This document shows positions 53,273-64,000 of a stretch of 64,000 nt of DNA, in pieces (the first letter of the stretch is position 1; each line of letters begins with the position of its first letter). The notes below the pieces were generated by a model. That model was not told the DNA's origin and ran no database searches. It saw only the letters and a program-made list of their open reading frames with translations. The position numbers and the translations under genes are program-made. The stretch comes from Balanoglossus misakiensis (taxonomy: Eukaryota; Animalia; Hemichordata), in the NCBI GenBank assembly GCA_040954595.2, contig CM082576.2:4190760-4254759 (forward strand). The letters run 5' to 3'.

Positions 53273-53995
53273 GCAGAATTTCCTTCCATAAGAAAAGTAC
53301 CATTGTAGCCTATAGGAGGTAATATTATTGTTCCCCTGTGTGTTCATCCAAAGTATCTTGAAGCTCATTTCAGTCCTTTTTATGCCCCAGGATATAAAAC
53401 CCTTGTTCTCAACAGACTGTTAAAAACATGTCAAATCTCCAATCCAAGACTCAGTCAATGAATTGATGCCATGTCATCCGCCTCCCTGACTTTTGAAAGA
53501 ATGTTTTCAAGAACATTTATTTGTTGAATTATGGTAGTCTGTCAGTTGTAGGTAATCAGTTATGGAAGCTGCAGTCAATCCCTTCTAAGCTGTGCTTCAG
53601 TTTTTCCCCCCATCAGAACATCACAAAGTCTTCTTTCTCCAAGTAACATAATTTCCTCTTTATCAAGGGAGTCTCTCTGCTGGCTTTGGTTTGCACATTT
53701 TAACTGTCAATTTGATGATCCCCATATCCCTATGTTTGATTTATGAACTGAAATTTTATTTTCATATTTGTGTAAAAAGCATATATAACTACTAGTCTGC
53801 TTACTTTAAGGCTCTTCATTTATAACCATTATTATTTATATATCTATCTATTTTTAAGAGATAGAAATATTAGCTTACAATCATAAATATTCTATAAAAG
53901 ACAGAAGACTTCAGAACTTAGTACAGATGACTTTAAGATAAATATTTGTCTTGTGTTAACAGCATCCTACCACTAACAAAAGTAATCAACAGAAC

Positions 53996-54102
53996 TATGT
54001 ATGTATGTATGTATGTATGTATGTATGTATGTATGTATGTATGTATGTATGTATGTATGTATGTATGTATGTATGTATGTATGTACGTACGTACGTACGT
54101 AC

Positions 54103-54135
<33 letters not shown>

Positions 54136-54151
54136 ATTGTCTATCTAATTG

Positions 54152-54202
<51 letters not shown>
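53996..54202. repeat. Compound tetranucleotide microsatellite (TATG)n-(TACG)n-(TCTG)n-(TCTA)n
   Basis: Directly visible. It explains the [12 protein letters not shown] ORFs in the track. Confidence 0.97.
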
Positions 54203-57200
54203 CAACCGGTGTGTGTGTCTATATATGTATTTATGTGTGTATATGATATGCACAGATAAATAACAGAAAACAGACTGAATATTGACCAAGTGCATAAAAT
54301 CTATAATTAAATGTCTTTGCTTGAATGATAATATCCTAAGTCTCACAACTTGCTTAAGGACACAGACACTTCCTGTCAGAAAAGAGCAGAAAACAGTTTC
54401 ATTGTTTTGACTGACTTCTCTTTGGCTAGGTCCATAATTTTTTATGGCCCTGTCTGGACGTCTGAAGTCACTCTAGTAATTTATCTCTGAAAATGAATTC
54501 TAGCAGTTTGGGAATTGCTTGCGTTGTACTCAAATCAAAACAACCTACACTGTCTAAGCCATATATTTATATATAACCTGGTTGATTGTATATATATAAA
54601 AAAATGGGATAGAAAAAAAAGAACAGTCATCTGTTCTAATAAAGCGATGTGAAAAGCTAATTTATGAGATGGTTGATGGCAGAGGGGTACTTTAGATGTT
54701 GCTTTCTGATTCGGTCTGCGTTAAAATGAAATCAAGTAGGGGAGAGCCAGTTTAATAAGGATCTATGCATTGATGGTTTGGAAAAGGATGATTGTTTGTG
54801 ATGAAAGTACATATACACAGTTAATAATATATATGAATAGATCATAGCACAAGAGATTGAGAAGTGTTGATATGGCAGACAAAGGTTATTAGGGATCAAA
54901 AGTTGACTTTCGTTCATCATGTGTTGTGTAGGAAGATTGAGTACAGGTGGAGGGGGGGGGGGTTGTGAGATGAGATTGGTGATGTCATCGTAGGATGTTT
55001 CTTAGTGTTAAAAGTGAACTCAAAAGTTACAAAAATTAAGTCTATTTGATTGCATGTTTCATGTTCCAATGTATTGAAGTGATGTTTTCAATAACCATAG
55101 CAACATTGAATAATACTAGCCAAATGAAAGTACATATAGCTAACTCAGATGATAGTCATACATATACGGTATTTCAGTCGTGAAATATTCTGCTGTTGCT
55201 TTGTTCTTGTGTGTTTATTCATTTTTTCCCTCTTCCATTGGAAAGACTTCGCCTGGGTTATGTGCCTTGTTCTATTTCTTAACACAGCCTTATCCGTGTT
55301 ATTCCGGTTTCCGTCGTGTTCTCCGCATAGACACAATTGCAATCACGGGGACTCATCTGCGATGTGTGTACCGGCATAATTGCTCCATAAATTCTAAGTT
55401 AGGGCAGTGTGAGCTTTTAGTAGGTGCATAATTTGCCCATATGAAATGTATTTTTCATTAACATTGTTGAATTTCACACCATAGTGTCTGCAGTGTGTGG
55501 CATGATTGATTCGCGTTGTAGTATTATCTTACTAGCTTCGCCAGGTCCTATTTGTCTTTCTGACAAAAAAAGAGCCCTAGCCACCTCGCGAATCAATTTA
55601 GAAACTACCTGCGATCGTCGAGCGACCTTGTCTGACTGCAGCGCACACCCATCCTGCATTGTGACATTCCTCCATCTTTCATTTCCTTGTCTTTCACCGT
55701 TCCAATATTTGTGATTGAAACTCAAGCAGTTATTTTTGTCAGGCACAATCAGGGGAAACATGCAGGGAAGCATTTAGTGTACTAACAGACAAATTTACTC
55801 GGGCTTGCATATCCCTTCTTCTGATTTTTTTTGTGTATGTCACTTTTGACGTTCAAGTGGAAAGGGAAATTCTTGTAATCAATCCACCTTATACATGTAC
55901 ACAAACATACTTTTATAAATAATTAAATTTAAAGAAACATGAAACATGCTTGTTTTGATTTGTTCAATTTTAGTTTAATATAATAATAATTTTTTTAATT
56001 ACATGAGTATGCTGTTTTTGTTTCTCTGACATTGAGTTTGGTGAGAAAAAGTGCCTGTAACCATGGAGCTGTGAGATAAAGCAGAGGGAGTCTATTCTAT
56101 CATCTGCATAATACATTTGACAGGGGAGCCAGTTCAGATAGGTTGAAACGATAAGTTTACTTGAAAAGTTGGACAACTGGGAGTTGGGGTAGCAAAATAT
56201 CAAGTGATAGTCCCAGTAGAAAATCACCGTGAGAAATGGTCAGTTGACAGCTTGGAAGACAGAATCATTTCTTGCAGAGCATTATTGCCGTTATGAAAAA
56301 AAAAGTTTGGATTGTGTGATAGGCCAAAAAGTAATAATTGCATTCATGCAGGGTTCATGAACTTTGACTCCTGGAACTATCATGTGACCAGGAAGAGAAT
56401 CCCTCCATATTACAGTCTTCTATGAATTTTTCAGGAAATAGCATTGTTCATTGGTCTGTCTGCTGTCAGTGATATATGAGCTGTGAAGATAAGGATGATG
56501 CTCTTAAACATATAACTTCGAGATATTTTCAAATAAAATATTAATCATGGGGATTAGATACTAAATTTTATCCTTCGAATGAAATATTCATCGTAATGAC
56601 TGTTTTCCCTTTTCCCACTTCCCCCTGAAGGACTGTGTGATGGTAAAACAATTCGACAAGGCCACTGTAGAATCTGACAGGTGTGGCCCATTGCACTTGA
56701 ACATCATATGCAGGTCAGCTGCGTTGACCTTGACCTTGACACTGAAAACCACAATCTTTAATCGTCTCGGGGGAGGATTCAGAGATTTAAGACTTCATGC
56801 CTTGCAAGCTTTGTCGTCTGCTTCTGTTGGAGCGGATTTTCATTGTATTTCAAAAACAACAGATCAACACCAAATTCACGCAGAAAAAATAACTCACTTG
56901 ATCGGTTTTAGGGTGAGCTGTTCTTCCCCGCTGCCTTTGAATGACTAATCTTTGTTTGTGATGATGAGACGGAGGCTTTTAAGTGAAACTTAAACCCGAC
57001 AGACAAACCTGAGGCAAAAGCGAGCAGTTTTGTTTGCTTATGAAAGTATTTTGTGGACACATCTCAGGCTCCCAAGTGGCGGAGTGGGAAAGGTTTGGAG
57101 GACTAACACATTGTTTGCTAAGATACACCACGAGTGCCATACGGTCTTCCTGCAACAAGGCAAACATCCATCTCCTGCGTGTGATATTTCCTCAGCAACT

Positions 57201-60200
57201 CTGAAAACACCTGTCTCCCTGAAAAAAGAAGAGAAATCAAGACTGTGAATTTAACAACGCGGGAAGATCAAGCTTAATTTAGTTGTTTCTTTTTTGTCAG
57301 TGTTGGAATTTGAATAAAGCCGGTGTATTTGATGTAGGATTTTTTTATTGATTCATTCTCTGAAAGCGGGACAGGAGACGTTCCTTCAGGAAAAACTAAG
57401 AGACAGAGTCATCAATCACGGAACAAATATTGACTATTGATGAAGTTGATAGAAGTACAATGAACAAAGTCAAACATTTTTTGTCTGAAACAGCAAGAAT
57501 TTATGAAAAAGGATTATACAATATTTTGTAATCAGAAATAGCAACCGAAACTAAATTATACAAGTGCTCATGAATATTAACGTAATTTATTTAGACTCCA
57601 GGTGGCTCTTTGAGAAGTTTGTGTTTGTGATGTAGAAATTAGAATGGGCCTGAGTGGAAGAATCTGATCCACAGCATAACCGTGTGTTCTTGGTTTGAGG
57701 ACATCACACGCTACTTTTTTTTATCTTTGCACATTTCATGATACTTTTTGAGATGCCTGGTTTTTTTTCATCATTCAAAAAAAGTTTACTCTTTTGGTCT
57801 TTTCATGCCTCCATATTGTCCGCATACAGAGTCCCATGTGACTTGTGTTAAGCCTGCAGCTGGGATATGGACAGCTCCTTAGGTCTTTCTTTGGCTGCAA
57901 CAACAGCCAATCAGAGCTTTCATTCAACAACAAATCAGATTTCCAAAGTTCAGACTCAATCAACACAATGGGAATAATATAATTAAATTTAATCAAGGTA
58001 CAATAAAGAGGTTTTAATGGTTCTCTTGTCCCTTATAAACAGGCAGGACTAATATACTTTCTGAGTTTACCGTCGTTTTTAACGGTTGTAGCGTTTCTAT
58101 CTCATTGGTTCTACAATGGCATTTAAATCTTTAATGCCCGGTTTTGATTAATTTTAATCTAAAGGAAACTGCCTGTAGCAGTCATAACAAACACATGCCG
58201 AATGAGTCGTACAACCAATTTAGGGACGGAAATTTAGTACAGAAATGAAAACTCTGAGCACTACTTTCGAGGGAATGAAACAATTGAAAGAGAGAAAGAG
58301 AGTTCGGTTTTATTAAAGCTGTAAGAAAGTATTATGAGGTACGGGCAGTGATTCTACCCTTCCCCCACATAAAGTGTCTGGGTCCAACTTGGCTTTATAA
58401 AACAGTTGGACTAAACCAAAGTGCACTGATGACTGGGGAACCCACCTGTCAAAAGGCAGGGTCATTTTGGTACAGCTAATATAATGATGTAGTTTGTTTT
58501 TCGTTCATTGAGGAAGCTGGGTCAGTTCACCTTTTCTGTGGAAAACAGTTTCTAAGTTTATTTCTGTTTGTTGAAGTCTTATTATTATTAATTATGACAG
58601 TATAACAGTCTTGGTTTCTCAAGGTTGAACTGATCAAAAGTGTTCATCGACACATAATCAGAACTGATCGGCAAAATATTCAAATGGCAAAAAAATATTA
58701 AGAATGATTACATGCATGTGTCAGCTCACGTGGAAAGTTTATAAATATTGTAAGCAGTGAAAACATTTTGGCATAAAATAAATATGATTTTTGCAGTGTG
58801 ATATTTAATACAACCGTCCCTTTAGGCTTGGCTGTGTCTGCAAAACAGAATGTTTGTCTGCATGATGGAGGAAAACACTGTAATAATGTGAACACTTCTA
58901 TATATCTGCAGAGGATACTGAATAGACTCTAGGTAAAAATCACCATCTGTCCTTGTATATCCATGGTCACAGCATATCTAGTTTTACTTTTATAACCTTA
59001 GTTTTACAGTGCAGCTTGCTGTAGATAAAAGACTAATATTAAGTCCCAAATCAGATTTATTCAGTATATGGGTTTAGATTGGTAGAGATCCATCTGTCGC
59101 ATTACAGAACTGATAGACTTAGCATGTACGTATAATGTACACTGGTCTGTAGTTTGGTTCTTCGGATCTGCCGCAGTCACTAAGGAGTGTTATGAAATTA
59201 CCCAAACATTGCGAGCTGGTTTTGGTCTACTGTGGCCCCCTGTTCAGGAGATAACTCAATATTAGGGGGGCATGTAAATTACGTGTGAGCTGGAGTGTCT
59301 GATTGGGTGTGAAGAAAAATCAATTATGTACAGAGAACGATGTCGAAACTATATCAAAGTAAATCAATAAAGAAGCAATCCAAGCCAAATGAAGTGTTTT
59401 AAGGATCAGCCTGCCAGCACTGACTGTACCTATCTTTGTAGATATCTCCGCAGTACGTTCTATAGTACATGTACCGCTAGTATTGTGTTCTGGGTCTAGT
59501 GGTATGTCTGGGAACACCTGTACAAGCTTTGTGAGAAGTTTATCTTGATCAAATTTTTGATATTGCAGTTCAGTTTGAAGTGTTTAGGCAATATTTCTTT
59601 TCTTGCAGATACACACTGTATACGTACCGTTACCGTATATTTTTGTGCACAACTCTGTGGTATATACAGTAACTTCATAACTGAGTTTTGGCAAGTTGAT
59701 GGAATGGTTTCTGTACTTCTTTTTAACAGATAGAAGCCATTGAGTTTTTTGTTCAATTTGTGTTGCATTTTTAAAATGGTCAATCAATCAATCAACTCTA
59801 ATCCACTCAATCCATCCATCCATCAATAAATCAATCATTTAATCAATTAATTAAATTGTTTGGTGTTTATTGAACTTTCTAATATAAACAATGACAAATA
59901 GTGGAAACGTAGAACATGATTGCTGTTTGTAAGGTCAAATGAGGTCACTGCTGCTCAGTCAAATTGAACCTGCTATGAATAAACACAAAATAATGATTTT
60001 TAAATTTGAATATTGTTTATCATATGGGATAATATTATATGTATAATGTATATACAGTATTAACAGTGATGATAATTACTAGGAATATGTATACATGTAG
60101 CTAAATATGTATTTTGCAGTATACATTTGAAAATGTTGCAGTAACTGAAAGCATTTTTTTTATTAAGTAACCTTATTTTGTAGATGATTTCTAGGTGATT

Positions 60201-63200
60201 GAGTTCAAAGATATGTTTCTGGAAGATAGCCAAGGAGCAGTTCTGAGAAATGTTGGTAATCATCCTAATTACAGCGTTGGGGTGCAGAGAAACTTGTATA
60301 TTGGCTGGGTGACACTGATTGCTAGAATATTGATGGTTTCAGTCTGAGCCTCTGTATGTTTCTCTGTGTGTGTGTTGATGGTGATTGCTGTCTAGAGAGG
60401 GGGGGATAATCGGTCAGCCAGAAATCCCCCATGGAGAACTGTTTATTGGTGAATTGTTCCTCTATGAATAGATATGCCAGCTGCTTGTCAGTTTCATGAC
60501 ACAGATTATCAGTCCACTCAGGTGAAATACTGTCAAATGTGAAAGGTACAGGGCTATATTAAGTTTACTGGGACACCCTAACAATAAAAAACGCCATGAT
60601 TTAAGGGATGTTTCATCAGTGGGCATAAAAGTTAATAATGCCAATAGTACAGCAGCCCCACAAAGTAGTCTAAAAGATATACAACTCGTTTGCAGTATTG
60701 TAATATGATTTTGTTTCCTATAAACACGAAGGGTATTATGAAGCCCATATTTCAGAACAAAAGGAGCATTACCCCAGTTTTTTTGAGCGTGTCTAGACTG
60801 ACGAGGTCGTCGAACTCCAGGGGACCTTGACTTCCATTACACAATAGAGCAGGGCAACCGGCACCTCCTAGTTTACCATAGCAACCGTGGGATGGCATCT
60901 GAATGCAAATTACAAGCACATTTGGGGAAATGCCTTTAGAGAAAGGGTGTCATGGTTCAGTTTGTATTCAAATGCAAAACTGACTACTGGTTTTTGTTTA
61001 CTATTAACGGAAGGCTTGCCACAGATGCCAACAGTAGAAATCCTGCATTCCGCAGCTGTTCAGTGTTTTTGTTTTTGTGTACATTACCTCTAAAAATATT
61101 CTCATACTTGCAGTTTTTATCTGTCTTGCCTTCAAAAGTCCAAAGTACTATTTTGCATTTGGGAAATAAGCGCTTCATTTACTCTACCTGGAAAACATGG
61201 TATTCCTGTGGGGTTTTTGTTATTTCCATTCGCAGGTTGAAATTATGTTACCGTGGCAGCCTGGATAAATATTACAATACTGGGATTTACATGTATCTGG
61301 CATTGTTTTCACACGAATTATACAAAAAAATGACCTACTAAGAAAGAATGAGTTTGCTTCGCTTCATAAATATTCCCTGTCACTTGCAGTTTTTAGCAAC
61401 TTTTATTGGAGAGAAAATTACTGTCCAGATCAGGATGATGGAACTGTGTCCAATGTATCACACACGTGAAGGTTACAATTCTGTCCTGGGCACAATTACC
61501 ACGGGTCTTAACTGGAAGTGACAGGGCAGGCCATTTCTATTGTAATTTAAAGGCTGTGCTGTTTTCACCGAGGAAGGCAGTAATGATGAATTATATGTCT
61601 GGATATAAATGAGCTCATCTAAGCACTGCCACCAGGTACAACTCTGGGCCATTTCCTGACTCCCACTGCAAGATGGAATTGCCTACATTGGGGAGATTTC
61701 CTGCCTCTGAATGCCCTCACAATGGTTTGTTTTCTTTGCAGTTTTATTTGCCACAATTGTCAATTAAGCCAAAAAACCTTAACTTGGCTATATATTCCTG
61801 TGAATGGAAGCATTTTATGAAAAGCACATCCAAAAAAGGGGGGCTGCTACCCTTTAGCAATTAAGTTAATTACCAAGCTGCATTTTTAGAGATCAAGTGA
61901 CTGAGGCTTTTAGCAAAGGGTGGCAATTTGCTAGCTTACAGGTGTTCCAGCATCGTGATTTTTGGATCAGTTTTATGCAGCGCTTATATTTCATAATAGC
62001 CGGTATTGTTAAGATTAAGCTATACAAACATGTACTGTGCTATTTTGGTATGTGACAAGGCATCCAACTTTTGTTAAAAATGAAATTTTCTTTGGTTTTG
62101 AGATCTTTTAATTGGAATAAAAATGTACCGTGTACGTAATATATATTTGCTAAACTGTGAGCCGGCTGTTTCTATATATCTCAGAGTTCAAAAGCTGTTT
62201 CTGGGTGAGTTCAGTTTGTAATGGACAGATATGAATGGTGGATTGAGGGCCTGTTGGGACAGATTGGTAGCTATAGGCCCTGTTGGGACAGATCAGGAGA
62301 GGATTTGGGTGGCAGTAATGTGAACTTATCCTTGCTTCACTCCAATGGTTTCCTTCGGCACTCTTTCCGAAGGCCAGCCAGGTCTCCGGAGGGATTCTGG
62401 GAAGAATAGTCGAGAGGAAATGATTGATTACTGTAGATTTTGACAAGAATAATGCTGCTTGACTGTTTGTGACGGGGAAAAGATGGGAGAAAAGATAAAA
62501 GAATTATTAGATGTATCCTCCAGAGTTGAAGTTTTATGATGGTTTGTGATGAGCTGACAGATTGAATGATTGAATCAGCGTTCCACCAGAACTAACTTTT
62601 ACACAACCCTAAATCATAAAAGTTAGTGTTTCAGGATAGCAGTCTACCTGGGTTCCCCAGTCTCGTCTGGAAGACATTGTTACTGTTCCCATATCATACG
62701 CCAGTGTTCCCCTAACATGAACAAATACATTGAAAGAAAAATCATTTGAATGATACTCTCTTTGGGGGAAAACTATATGGCCAAATGAAACGACAGAAGT
62801 GATATTAGAAAAAATATACCAGTATTTGTGAGATTAGTAACATTTAAAACAGTTGTAATTTTGACGTTTTCAAACTCAAGAAGACATGGTTGATTTGTTT
62901 TTCCATTGGCTCTGCAGCTACCACATCCAGTTTTCACACAGTCAATCATAAAATCCAACACGGACAATTACCGGTACATGAACAAATTTTGCCAATTTCC
63001 TGTAGCTTTCGGAGTCTACACCTAGTAATGCATGTAATGAATATGCTGCTATTGTACTCATAGATTTCATTCGTATATTTGAAATGGGTAGGAATTGTAA
63101 GCTAGATTTGTCAAGCATCAAAGCTGTGTTGAAATTAGACTTTCTCCTATTTTAATATATTCTCAGATTTCAATTTTCAATTTTTTTCTGTTGGTAGTGA

Positions 63201-64000
63201 TGTGTGGAAATGTCCACTCAGGTATTTTATGGTAATGGGCGTGTCTGATAAGTTGTTCACATGACCATGTGGTACACTTTTTAAAGTATAGCCTTAAGAA
63301 GAAAATCTGAGGTTGGCTAGAATTCCAGCATCCATAGTATTTGCTATTCAGGTGCCTGTGTTACCCTAAAGCCAAAAGTAACCTGATTCCTGTACTGTTG
63401 TTTGGTGTAAGGTAGCAAAACTGCATAATTAAGTTAATAACTTTGTAACAAAAGGAAAGAAAAAGATTTCTCACGTTCAGAGAGAATCAGTCATTACATA
63501 CAATTACTTGCTTTGGATGTCAGATCAATCAAACAGCCTGAAATTAAAGAAAAAGCATCTTATGATTGTGTTGATCGTCACTTTGTTACAGGAAAACTGC
63601 ACTTCACTTGTGTGGAGTATTATACAGTTTGTCCAGTTGATTTGGTCAGCATGTTAATTTATCATTACAGAGTACTTGTATTAACTGTATCACAATGTAT
63701 ATTCCATTCCAAACACAGTGATGATGACAAAGGCATAACTGTGATGGAAATAATTGAAATACAAAAAAACACACACACTGGATTATTATTAAAACTGAAA
63801 CCACTGCAGTGAGTGTAAAAATTTGTGTATGCATACTCAATCAGCTAATATTGACCTGTGATGCTGTGGTAATTAAAAAACATGCCCGTGATATTACTAC
63901 CGTTTGATGGCAAATATCACGCTGATGTCACAGCCTGCATAGGCTGGAGAGCATAAAGTTTAATCACCACTCGAACTATTTAAAATTCACCATGATTACA

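Noticed and set aside
53946-54263. ORFs with MYVC/LSIY repeats
   Set aside because: They are translations of a tetranucleotide microsatellite.
58912-58932. 21-nt AG...GT micro-exon candidate
   Set aside because: It has stop codons in all three frames.
1-64000. CRISPR arrays, tRNA/rRNA genes, intact transposases or reverse transcriptases, U12-type introns
   Set aside because: None seen. The 91-bp repeat has no spacers, and all mapped introns are ordinary GT-AG.

Overview
Eukaryotic DNA from an invertebrate animal (AT-rich, intron-dense, GT-AG introns); the species cannot be identified from sequence. No prokaryotic features are present. I assembled five complete spliced genes by hand, each with frame-consistent exon sums: (1) a minus-strand 14-exon type I membrane protein (IGFBP-like + 6 VWC + 4 FN3 + TM; Sas/CRIM1-like, 112-10686); (2) COX16 (minus, 15076-16091, mostly missed by the ORF track), head-to-head with (3) MRPS5 (16136-19662), with only 44 bp between the two ATGs; (4) glycogen phosphorylase (20646-31458); (5) CEBPZ/Noc1 (33948-44755). 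The most unusual signal is at 45.8-50.9 kb: about six short ATG-initiated candidate first exons, all ending in phase-2 donors, lie upstream of a shared 51-nt phase 2-2 exon. This looks like the multi-promoter, variable N-terminus 5' end of an unidentified gene whose next intron may run past 64 kb. It is an inference and needs transcript data. The rest (51.5-64 kb) looks intronic, with a 91-bp x3 tandem repeat and a compound microsatellite.
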